A stretch of 64,000 nucleotides of DNA from Deltaproteobacteria bacterium (GTDB lineage: Bacteria > CG2-30-53-67), in NCBI GenBank assembly GCA_013151235.1, contig JAADIO010000032.1, positions 2,166-66,165 on the forward strand, read 5' to 3'. Shown piece by piece: positions 27,988 through 35,834 of the stretch. The position numbers were made by a program, and so were the translations under genes. The first letter of the stretch is position 1, and every line of letters begins with the position of its first letter. The notes below the pieces were generated by a model, which saw only the letters and a program-made list of their open reading frames with translations, ran no database searches and was not told where the DNA came from.

Positions 27988-29577
27988 GTGGTTTTTTTTT
28001 CATCCAGATTGGTTGTCGGCATGGAGATCAGCGGGAACGTCATTCGTCTGGCTCTGCTCCGGCGCTTGCGAAAAAAAGATTCTCTGGAGGGGCTGATTCG
28101 ACTGGAAGCACCGTCCGACAATATCGAGGATGTCCGCCGGACGCTCACCGATGGTGTCCGCCGGAACGGTCTGACGGGAACGCCCGCAGCCATGATTCTC
28201 CAGGACCCCCGCATCCTGCACCGGGCTTTCGCCTTGCCGAAGATGTCGCAGAAAGAGATTGATGCTGTCGTTCCCTTTGAAGCACGAAAGGCCTTCGGGG
28301 TCAGGCGGGACTTCCGGATCGTTTACCATGTACATACCCGTTATCGGGAAGAAGGGGTCCCGAAGATTGAGGTCCTTGCCGCTGCGGTCCCGGGGGAGAT
28401 CGTGCAGAATGCCCTCGATCTGATTCGGGCCGCCGATCTGGTCCCGTACTATCTCATGTCCCTTCCATTTGTACAGTCGCAGCTACCTTCAGCCGCTCTG
28501 ATCTCGGAAACGGAGGAGACGGTGGCTCATCTCCATATCACCCGTATGGGGGTCGATCTGACGGTAACCCGGGGGGGGCATTTTCTCTTTTCCCGCTTGA
28601 TCCGAAAGGAGATCGACTTTTCCCGATTTGATATGACGCCGATGTCGGCGGAACCGGCCTCTTTTGAGAACGACGGCATGGAAATTCTCTCTATTGCCGA
28701 GGAGACGACCGGTGAAAAGGACGATCCTTTCGAACGTCTCTGTACGGAAATCAATCGATCCTTCCTCTATGTCAAACAACAGAACAAGGAGTCCGTAAAG
28801 CGGATTCGGCTGACCGGGGAAGGAAAAAGATTCCCGAACCTGGTGGAGCAGTTGCAACATCACTTAAAACTTCCGCTGACCGTCCTTGAAAATTTGCCGG
28901 GGCTGGATCGGCCGGTCATCTGTACGCCGGCAGCGGGAGAGGAGGGGGAATACGATCTTTGCGTGGCGGTGGCCAAAACCCCCTCGATCTTTTCCACGGC
29001 CAATCTCCTGCCGGAAGAGGAGCAGCTTGAATGGAAAAAGCGATCCGCCCAACGGATTGCAAAGGTTGCCTACATGGTGACGTCGGTCCTGGTCCTGTTT
29101 CTTTATGTGCAGCTTTCCTATCATGTGTATCATGATCAAGTGGAGGCACGGAGATTGCGGCAGGGATATGCCCGGGTGGATCACCGGTTTGAAGGGGTGC
29201 GCCGCACACTTCAGGTTCAATCCGACCGCCTGTTGAGGCGGGCGCTCTGCCGGGGACTCACTTCGGCATCCATTCCTCCGGAGGATGTTCTGGCGGCACT
29301 TGCCCTCTATGCGCCGGATACCGTTGTCCTGAAGCAGTTGGTGGTGCAAGGGGGAAGCCGACCCTTTTTCATGAGGCTGTCGGGAAGGATCGTCCTGCCC
29401 GATTATTCCGGTGGGGAGAAAGAACTGGATCACTTTTTGAATCAATGTAAAAAGACGGGTTTATTCAAGACCGTCCGGGGACGAATCGGTGCCGCTGCGG
29501 ATCAGGGGGAATCGGGACGGGTACAAGTTGCCTCCGTCGGCCGGAGGCGGATCCCGATCGAAATCGAAGGAGAATGA
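27988..29577 (+). CDS. PilM-PilN fusion (MshI-like) assembly protein
   Basis: 529 aa. An N-terminal actin-like region of ~330 aa, a single TM segment (AYMVTSVLVLFLYVQLSY), then a PilN-like periplasmic tail. GTG start. Confidence 0.6.
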   Translation: MVFFSSRLVVGMEISGNVIRLALLRRLRKKDSLEGLIRLEAPSDNIEDVRRTLTDGVRRNGLTGTPAAMILQDPRILHRAFALPKMSQKEIDAVVPFEARKAFGVRRDFRIVYHVHTRYREEGVPKIEVLAAAVPGEIVQNALDLIRAADLVPYYLMSLPFVQSQLPSAALISETEETVAHLHITRMGVDLTVTRGGHFLFSRLIRKEIDFSRFDMTPMSAEPASFENDGMEILSIAEETTGEKDDPFERLCTEINRSFLYVKQQNKESVKRIRLTGEGKRFPNLVEQLQHHLKLPLTVLENLPGLDRPVICTPAAGEEGEYDLCVAVAKTPSIFSTANLLPEEEQLEWKKRSAQRIAKVAYMVTSVLVLFLYVQLSYHVYHDQVEARRLRQGYARVDHRFEGVRRTLQVQSDRLLRRALCRGLTSASIPPEDVLAALALYAPDTVVLKQLVVQGGSRPFFMRLSGRIVLPDYSGGEKELDHFLNQCKKTGLFKTVRGRIGAAADQGESGRVQVASVGRRRIPIEIEGE

Positions 29578-29581
29578 CCCC

Positions 29582-30214
29582 ATGGAACGACTCCCCGGGG
29601 TGAAACGATTTTTGAAGACCCACCAGAACTGGGTGCAGATGACCCTTCCAGGGCTGGTGATTGCGGGGCTGGTCCTGGTTCTGATCGTTCCGAAGGTCAG
29701 GCAGTGGTATGCCCTGCAGCAGGAGATTGGAAAGGTGGGCAGGCAAATGGAACGAGTCTCGATGGATTTGGCTTCTCTCCCGCCGGAGCGGCTTCAGCGC
29801 CTTGCCCGGGCCGATGCGGACGATCGGGAACGGCTGCCCGGCCGGGGTCGGTTCTACACCTACCTGGGGCACCTCCGGGAACTGGGCCGCTCCCTGGGGA
29901 TTGATGAGATCACTTATTTTCGGGGTGCAGTGGAACGGGTCGACATGGATGAGATTCTGGCTCGTTCGACCTTCAATGAGTTGCCCATCTCTCTGGATCC
30001 GGACTCGAATGTCTTGTATGGCATTCCCGTGAAGATCCAGTTTCAGGCCCCCTACCGGACCCTCTATCGGTTTCTGAGGTCGCTCCGGGGAGGAAAACGG
30101 TTGACCGATATCCGGGAAGTGCGGGTCAAAAAAAAATCCGGATCTCTTGCGGTGGAGATGAAGATGGAACTCTATTATCTTGTGAAAAATTCGGGAAGAA
30201 AAGATGCTGCGTAA
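29582..30214 (+). CDS. PilO/MshJ-like assembly protein
   Basis: 210 aa. One N-terminal TM segment, a coiled-coil segment (QWYALQQEIGKVGRQMERV) and a periplasmic domain. Called from position and topology only. AAGGAGAA Shine-Dalgarno upstream of the ATG at 29582. Confidence 0.4.
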   Translation: MERLPGVKRFLKTHQNWVQMTLPGLVIAGLVLVLIVPKVRQWYALQQEIGKVGRQMERVSMDLASLPPERLQRLARADADDRERLPGRGRFYTYLGHLRELGRSLGIDEITYFRGAVERVDMDEILARSTFNELPISLDPDSNVLYGIPVKIQFQAPYRTLYRFLRSLRGGKRLTDIREVRVKKKSGSLAVEMKMELYYLVKNSGRKDAA

Positions 30215-30677
30215 CAAGGTCTTCTTCCTGCTCCTGATCGTGTCGGTGTTCTTCGCCGTTTACCGGAATTATACCTTTTTCCGCAAACGGTTCCATGCCA
30301 TGACACCGTCGGCGATGGCCTCTCTGCCGGTTTCGCCGGATCGGGTGCCGGGGGAGAAGAAAGAAGACAAAGTCGATGGACTCTCCACCGCCGACCGGCT
30401 CCGGTTTGCGGCGGGCGCAGGCCGGGACCCTTTTGTCCTTCCTGGAGGAGAGACTTTCGCTGTGCCGCAAGTGTCGTCGAAAACGAACCGGTTGCCCCGC
30501 CTGAACGCTGTTCTGTGGAGCCGGGGACGTCGGGTTGCCTTGTTGGATGGGGAGATCCATCAGGAAGGGGAGAATATCTCCGGACACAGGATCCTCCGGA
30601 TTGAGCCGGATCGGGTGATCCTGGCCGGTGGGGGAGGCGAGGTGATGATCGAGCTGAAAAAGGGGGAAACCCCCTGA
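30204..30677 (+). CDS. PilP/MshK-like small periplasmic protein
   Basis: 157 aa. N-terminal TM/signal anchor. The C-terminal beta-rich segment (VALLDGEIHQEGENISGHRILRIEPDRVIL) is typical of PilP/GspC HR-type domains that contact secretins. Confidence 0.35.
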   Translation: MLRNKVFFLLLIVSVFFAVYRNYTFFRKRFHAMTPSAMASLPVSPDRVPGEKKEDKVDGLSTADRLRFAAGAGRDPFVLPGGETFAVPQVSSKTNRLPRLNAVLWSRGRRVALLDGEIHQEGENISGHRILRIEPDRVILAGGGGEVMIELKKGETP

Positions 30678-30696
30678 ACACAAAGGAGGAAATCTT

Positions 30697-32283
30697 TTGA
30701 AAAATATCCGTATCATCCTGCCGGGGCTTTTGCTCCTCATCCTCTGGGGATGTGCCGCCGGGAGCAAGACGATCGCAAAGCCGGCGCTTCCGGAACAATA
30801 TACGCCGAAACCTTCCGTGCAGTCGGCCCCTCCGGGGGCCGAGTATCTCCTCCCGCAGATGGCCGGAAAGGAGTCGATCAAGGGAATCGACGGAGAGCGG
30901 TTCTCCATCGCCGTGCAGGATACAAAGCTCAAGGATGTTCTCATGGTTCTGGCCCGGGGCAGCCGTTATAATATGATCGTCGATCCCGCCATCAATGAAT
31001 CCGTTACCATTGACCTGAAAAAGATGACCATGGGAGAGGCCCTGCAGGCGATTCTTTCTCCTCTGCACCTGCAGTACACGATTCGTGGGAACACGATTGA
31101 AGTTCTCCGCCCCCGAATGTCGACCCGCGTCTTCACCCTGAATTATATTACCGCCAGCCGGACCGGTGAAACCGGGTTGATTGTCAGCAGCGGTGGGAGA
31201 GGCGGGGAAAAGAGCTCCGCCGGGGACTACGGTACCGTAAAGTCGACGAACAAGGTGGACCTCTGGGCGGAGATCCGCAAAGGCCTGAACAGCATCCTTT
31301 TCGGTGGCGGCGGAGAGAATGGGAGTGGTCATCAGGAAGAGCGGCTGGTGATCAACGAGCATTCCGGGACCATTCTGGTCACGGCCCTGCCGGCGAAACT
31401 GATGGAGATCGCCGATTTTCTGGAGCGCGTCGAAGGATCGATCCAGCGGCAGGTAATGATCCAGGCCAAGATTATCGAAGTGACCCTTTCCGACGGATTC
31501 AAGGCGGGAATCGACTGGGCGGGGATTCCCAATTTGCGGGGCTCCTTCGTGGGGAACCTTACCTCGGGATTGGCTGCTGCACAACCCCTTCCCGCTTCCG
31601 TGGTACAGCATTTGAGTCCGGGTACCGGCAACTTCCAGATCGGCGCCACCAAGGGGGATATCTCCATTCTCCTCGACATGATCGCCACCCAGGGGAAGGT
31701 TCATGTCCTCTCCAGTCCGAGGATCTCGACCCTGAACAACCAGAAGGCGATTATCAAGGCGGGGCGGGAGGACACCTTCTTCACCGTGAACAAGGAAACA
31801 AATACCGAGGGAGGCGTCCTGCAGGAAAATTTCAATGTCGACCGGGAGGACTACACCATCGGCGTGGTCCTTGATGTGACGCCCCAGATCTCATCCGATG
31901 GGACGATCATCATGAATATTCATCCCAGCATCACCGATTTTGTTGAGGAAAAGACCTTCCCTCCGGGGGCTGTAGGGGTTGACATCTTGGCCAATGCGCC
32001 CGTTCTTGATGTCCGGGAAGTCGACACCATGGTCCGAGTCAAGGACGGCGAGACGATTGTGATTGCCGGTCTGATGCAGGAAAAGACCGAGGAATCGACG
32101 ACGTCCGTTCCGGTCCTGGGGGATATCCCGGTGTTCGGAAAACTGTTCCGGCGGGTGGAGAAGAAAAAGGAAAACACGGAACTGGTGATCCTGTTGCAGC
32201 CGGTTGTTGCCGTCGGCAGAAGCCCGGAAGCTGTCTCCTTTTCCTCTGGTGGGACACCTCCTTTGACTCTGAGGCAACCATGA
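30697..32283 (+). CDS. Secretin (MshL/PilQ/GspD family), lipoprotein-type
   Basis: 528 aa. Lipobox LLILWGC, N-domains, and a C-terminal secretin core (VPVLGDIPVFGKLFR...ELVILLQPVV). TTG start 6 nt after AAGGAGGA. Confidence 0.85.
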   Translation: MKNIRIILPGLLLLILWGCAAGSKTIAKPALPEQYTPKPSVQSAPPGAEYLLPQMAGKESIKGIDGERFSIAVQDTKLKDVLMVLARGSRYNMIVDPAINESVTIDLKKMTMGEALQAILSPLHLQYTIRGNTIEVLRPRMSTRVFTLNYITASRTGETGLIVSSGGRGGEKSSAGDYGTVKSTNKVDLWAEIRKGLNSILFGGGGENGSGHQEERLVINEHSGTILVTALPAKLMEIADFLERVEGSIQRQVMIQAKIIEVTLSDGFKAGIDWAGIPNLRGSFVGNLTSGLAAAQPLPASVVQHLSPGTGNFQIGATKGDISILLDMIATQGKVHVLSSPRISTLNNQKAIIKAGREDTFFTVNKETNTEGGVLQENFNVDREDYTIGVVLDVTPQISSDGTIIMNIHPSITDFVEEKTFPPGAVGVDILANAPVLDVREVDTMVRVKDGETIVIAGLMQEKTEESTTSVPVLGDIPVFGKLFRRVEKKKENTELVILLQPVVAVGRSPEAVSFSSGGTPPLTLRQP

Positions 32284-33248
32284 ATACCGGAGAATCAACG
32301 AGGGAACGGCGGGAAGGAGAAGGAGCCGGGTTGCACCTCTTCATGAACCGGAAAAGAATCCGGGGCTATGGCAGTCTCGCGCTGATGTTTCTCTTTGTCA
32401 TTGTCAGCCTGAAACTTCTCTTTCCGCCTGTGCCGGTAGGGGCTCTCGTGACGACAAACGAGCCCCTCATCCCGACGAAACCGCCGGTACAAAAAGGGGG
32501 AAAAAGGATAGACATCCCTGTGGCGGAACACCCGAAAATCGTCCGGAGAAAGCTGCCCGGGGAGTTCGCTCCTCCGGAAAAGGCGGAAGTCGGGCAGATC
32601 ACCATCTTGTCCCCGAAGCAGGCTGAAGTGAATGAGAAGACCTCCCGTAAGCTGATGGAACTTTCCACCTTTAATGAAGGAGTGGACGCGTTGGCGAGCG
32701 GAAACTACCTGGAGGCGGTGCTGAACTTCAACCGGACCCTCTCCGTTAACCCTCTCAATGTCCGGGCCTGTAACAATCTCGGGCTGGCCTTGATGGAAAC
32801 GGGAAAGGGGAAAGCCGCTGAAGAGGCCTTCCGCAAGGGGCTCGTCATCGACCCCGGGGATGTACGGTGCCTGAACAATCTTGCCCTCCTCTATATCCAA
32901 AGAGGAGAACCTGCCCGATCCCTCCCCTTGCTGGAGCGAATTGTTAAAGACCATCCGGGAGATGCCGTTGCCTGGACCAACCTGGGGGTGGCTGAAGGAA
33001 GAACAGGGAAAGCGGCTGCCGCCGAGACCGCCTACCGCCGGGCACTGAAACTGACCCCCGGGGATTACCGGGTCCATTTCAATCTTGCCCGAACCCTTGA
33101 AAAGGAGGGGCGGCTTATCGAAGCGATCTACTATTATCGGGCCTGTTTGCGGTTCCTTCCTTCGGCGGAAACCGGTCGGGCCCGGAAGGTGATCGCTCAT
33201 CTGAAACAACTCCGGTCATCCCTCACCATTCCCGCCGTCCGGAAGTAA
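32280..33248 (+). CDS. TPR-repeat protein (MshN-like position)
   Basis: 322 aa. N-terminal TM anchor, then several TPR units (AVLNFNRTLSVNPLNVRACNNLG..., AEEAFRKGLVIDPGD..., AETAYRRALKLTPGD...). ATGA overlap with the secretin stop. Confidence 0.75.
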   Translation: MNTGESTRERREGEGAGLHLFMNRKRIRGYGSLALMFLFVIVSLKLLFPPVPVGALVTTNEPLIPTKPPVQKGGKRIDIPVAEHPKIVRRKLPGEFAPPEKAEVGQITILSPKQAEVNEKTSRKLMELSTFNEGVDALASGNYLEAVLNFNRTLSVNPLNVRACNNLGLALMETGKGKAAEEAFRKGLVIDPGDVRCLNNLALLYIQRGEPARSLPLLERIVKDHPGDAVAWTNLGVAEGRTGKAAAAETAYRRALKLTPGDYRVHFNLARTLEKEGRLIEAIYYYRACLRFLPSAETGRARKVIAHLKQLRSSLTIPAVRK

Positions 33249-33468
33249 TTCTGCACATAAATGGTTGCAATCATTCACTGTAGGATTTCTTTTCAATCAT
33301 AACCTGCTGATTATAAAGAATTTTACGGTGAGACCCCGATTTTTCTCCCCAATCTGTCGGTTTTTCGTACAGGTTCCCCTTTGGTAGGGATGGGATCTGC
33401 GGCATTTGCCCTTTATCCATGCCGTAAATGTTCTGCAAAATGAATAGGTTACTGTAATATATTAATAT

Positions 33469-33484
33469 TGGCATCGATTATGCA
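33469..33484 (+). promoter_or_regulatory. Sigma-54 (-24/-12) promoter candidate upstream of the PEP-CTERM gene
   Basis: TGGCATcgattaTGCA, with GG and GC separated by the canonical 10 nt. It lies 73 nt upstream of the ATG at 33557. Confidence 0.6.
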
Positions 33485-33556
33485 TTCATGCTATGCAGTT
33501 ATTGATTACTGCATTTTATATGGCTTGTTTGAAAAAATATTAAGGAGGTACGGATC

Positions 33557-34150
33557 ATGATCAAGAAAATGTGGAAAATTACGATGGTTGCCTTCCTCGG
33601 GGTTTTATTCTTGGCGCCGGATCTTTTCGCTTTCCCGGTGCTGGGATATGTCGATCCTGGTTTCGGTTCTGGCTATTCCTTGTCGACGACAAAGGTCGGG
33701 ACGGCCACTTACACATTCAAAAATCTTGTCTCCGGATCAAACCTGAATCTTCAGTCGATTTCTCTGGATTTTGAGAAAGATGTTTTTGACATGGACAACA
33801 CCTCTCCTGTGTCGGGAAGCCTTCCTCCGGGCTGGTACTTTGCTCCTCCTATAGACCTTGGAACATATTCTTTTCAGATTACATTTACGCCCGGATTTGG
33901 AATACCGGAAGGCGGAGAGCTTTCATTCCAGATGGATTATACACTATGGGATGATGCCCTTTCCCTGGATTGGGACGAAGGGGGATACTGGGAACAAGGC
34001 TTCGGAGTGAAATATACAGGTGTGCATTTGCTTGTACCCGGCGGTTCAACTGCTCCCGTCCCGGAACCTGCGACCATGCTCTTGTTCGGGATCAGTCTCA
34101 TCACCGTTGCCGGGTATGGAAGGCATCGTATGAACCGTAACAACAGTTAG
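33557..34150 (+). CDS. PEP-CTERM sorting-domain secreted protein (exosortase substrate)
   Basis: Signal peptide MIKKMWKITMVAFLGVLFLAPDLFA. C-terminal VPEPATMLLFGISLITVAGYGRHRMNR gives the PEP motif, a TM helix and a basic tail. Strong TAAGGAGGT Shine-Dalgarno. Confidence 0.85.
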   Translation: MIKKMWKITMVAFLGVLFLAPDLFAFPVLGYVDPGFGSGYSLSTTKVGTATYTFKNLVSGSNLNLQSISLDFEKDVFDMDNTSPVSGSLPPGWYFAPPIDLGTYSFQITFTPGFGIPEGGELSFQMDYTLWDDALSLDWDEGGYWEQGFGVKYTGVHLLVPGGSTAPVPEPATMLLFGISLITVAGYGRHRMNRNNS

Positions 34151-34185
34151 GGTGCGATTTAAAAGAGAATAAGGGGCTTTTCGGG

Positions 34186-34224
34186 AAGGCGTTTACAGTG
34201 ATTGTAAGCGCCTTTTTCTTGTTT
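34186..34224 (+). terminator. Rho-independent terminator after the PEP-CTERM gene
   Basis: AAGGCGTTTACA-gtgat-TGTAAGCGCCTT (12-bp stem with one mismatch), followed by TTTTCTTGTTT. Confidence 0.7.
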
Positions 34225-34345
34225 GCCCGGCATGGTGGTAAACCCGGTTCCGGTAACCGGGACGTGACCCTGACCAGGGGAAAGACAACCGGAATCGCAA
34301 GGGAATTGCCGGCAACGGCTGGGTCTGGAGGAAGCGATAGGATGT
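34225..34345 (+). other. Candidate structured leader RNA of unknown class
   Basis: GC-rich segment with nested helices (CGGTT-ccggt-AACCG; CCGGAAT-cgcaaggga-ATTgCCGG; GACCC...GGGTC). It sits between a terminator and a GGAGGAAG Shine-Dalgarno. It resembles GEMM-I strings (GGTAAACC...GGACGTGACCC) only partially. Confidence 0.25.
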
Positions 34346-34347
34346 GA

Positions 34348-34860
34348 GTGATACATATGGACTTGATCCGGCGTCCTGGGAGGGCAAGCGTGCAAGAGAT
34401 CACGAAGTCCGATCGCTGCTTGAATTTTTTTTCCGGTTGTGATAGAAAATGCGACATGGGGGGATCTTCAAGACCGCTGACAGGACTGATGAGCTGGGAA
34501 CGGGTGGATGAACTGATTAAGCAGATCAGGTCCATAGGTCCCTGGTATATCTTTTCTCCCGCGGAAGGGGTTGATTCACTCTTTGAAGCAGGGGGGGAGG
34601 AGGCCTCTCGTTTTCTCGTCGCCCGTACGGAGGAGTTGAAAGCTCGTCCCTATGGTCCCGGATGGGTCTACGTTCATTCCCCCGATGCCCCCTCTTGGAT
34701 CAAGATCTACGATCCCTGCAAATGCGGTTCTTCCTGCAGTATCACAACTCCCCCTGCTTGGTGGGAGATGGATTTGATCGATCCTGCGGATCGAATCGCC
34801 CCCGAGAATTCTTCGATGGAAGAAAAGAAGTTCCTTCTGCACTTTTTTAAGGGCAAATGA
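34348..34860 (+). CDS. Hypothetical protein (no family recognised)
   Basis: 170-aa ORF with a GTG start. Its real start could be an internal Met. It has no TM or signal sequence and contains a CKCGSSC segment. Confidence 0.35.
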   Translation: MIHMDLIRRPGRASVQEITKSDRCLNFFSGCDRKCDMGGSSRPLTGLMSWERVDELIKQIRSIGPWYIFSPAEGVDSLFEAGGEEASRFLVARTEELKARPYGPGWVYVHSPDAPSWIKIYDPCKCGSSCSITTPPAWWEMDLIDPADRIAPENSSMEEKKFLLHFFKGK

Positions 34861-34972
34861 CACGCACCCGGGGGAAATCACGCACCTCCTGAGATTCCTC
34901 CTGCCGGTTTTTCCACATTCGACCTTCTTGCAACATCTGTGTTTGCGGCATGGTATGAAAAAAACTTCTCAA

Positions 34973-35014
34973 ATTGGGAATTTTTTTTCCTATATTGGGA
35001 AAAAATTTTCCAAT
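34973..35014. promoter_or_regulatory. Candidate enhancer (UAS) for the downstream sigma-54 promoter
   Basis: ATTGGGAAttttttttcctatATTGGGAAAAAATTTTCCAAT. This is a direct repeat of ATTGGGAA plus a near-palindrome, 105-146 bp upstream of the -24 element at 35120. Confidence 0.35.
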
Positions 35015-35118
35015 TCACAGATCGAAAATATCCAGAATAGAGCATAATCCATCCATATACCAGTAAAAACAGTCCTAATTATCTGTTTTTTGAGGGTATA
35101 TCCAAGTAATTGTGATTA

Positions 35119-35134
35119 TGGCATCGTATTTGCT
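35119..35134 (+). promoter_or_regulatory. Sigma-54 (-24/-12) promoter
   Basis: TGGCATcgtatTTGCT is a near-consensus match to TGGCAC-N5-TTGCW. It lies 54 nt upstream of the ORF starting at 35188. Confidence 0.7.
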
Positions 35135-35187
35135 GTTATCGAGTATGGGAAGGGATGTTTCAGTGAGAAGAAAGGGGTGGTGTCGTC

Positions 35188-35634
35188 TTGAAGGAGCAAA
35201 CCGAGAACCGACAAACGAATCGAGATCGACGCCGGAAACCGACGCCGATTTTCAGTCGGCATACCTTTTTCGGTCGCAGGAAATTGAACCGTCGAAGCTC
35301 CGACAGACATTACAATTACTATGTTGATTTATACAGTGCCCGCCTTTTTCTCATCCTCCTTCTGATTGTCATCATGTCTCTCCTCGATGCCGGTTATACC
35401 TACCGGTATATCTCGATGGGCGGCAAGGAGCTGAACCCGGTCATGGACTATTTTCTGAGCCGGGGAGTTTTCTCCTTTTTTTCTTACAAGTTCGTGATGA
35501 CGGCTATCGGGGTTTTCGTCCTCTGTCTCCATAAGAACTTCCTCTTTGCCCGGAACATGATTTCCGTGATCCTGGTCAGTTATATCCTCCTCATGTTCTA
35601 CCATGTCTCCATTCTCTACGCTACGCTTCAATAA
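35188..35634 (+). CDS. Small membrane protein with Arg-rich N-terminus (DUF5658-like)
   Basis: 148 aa with a TTG start. The N-terminal NRQTNRDRRRKPTPIFSRHTFFGRRKLNRRSSDR is followed by 3-4 TM helices. Confidence 0.5.
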   Translation: MKEQTENRQTNRDRRRKPTPIFSRHTFFGRRKLNRRSSDRHYNYYVDLYSARLFLILLLIVIMSLLDAGYTYRYISMGGKELNPVMDYFLSRGVFSFFSYKFVMTAIGVFVLCLHKNFLFARNMISVILVSYILLMFYHVSILYATLQ

Positions 35635-35785
35635 AGGCAGAGGCACAGAGTTCAAAGGCAAACGTGGTCGCCACCCATCAAGATTGATACTGTGCACTAA
35701 TTATAATCCCCCTTTTCAATATGATTAAGAATTTCCAGTTCCCCGATCCCCAATCTCTGTCAAGGTCTGCTATCCAAAGATCTTC

Positions 35786-35814
35786 TTGACGGGCTCGGGA
35801 AGTTCAACTATAGT
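35786..35814 (+). promoter_or_regulatory. Sigma-70-type promoter candidate for the PilZ gene
   Basis: TTGACG, a 17-nt spacer, then TATAGT. It lies ~20 nt upstream of the TTG start at 35835. Confidence 0.5.
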
Positions 35815-35834
35815 AAAGTTCCCGGAAAGGATTT

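Noticed and set aside
30175-31704. 509-aa ORF antisense to the PilP-like and secretin genes
   Set aside because: Its composition is low-complexity and rich in Arg, Gly and Pro, with no recognisable domain. It lies entirely opposite well-supported genes. It is a typical shadow ORF caused by the rarity of TTA, CTA and TCA codons on the coding strand.
34225-34345. Assignment of the structured segment to the c-di-GMP-I (GEMM-I) riboswitch class
   Set aside because: Only fragments of the conserved core are present. The ACGCAAAGCC and 3' GGGUUACC-type elements are missing, so it stays in the findings as an unclassified candidate only.
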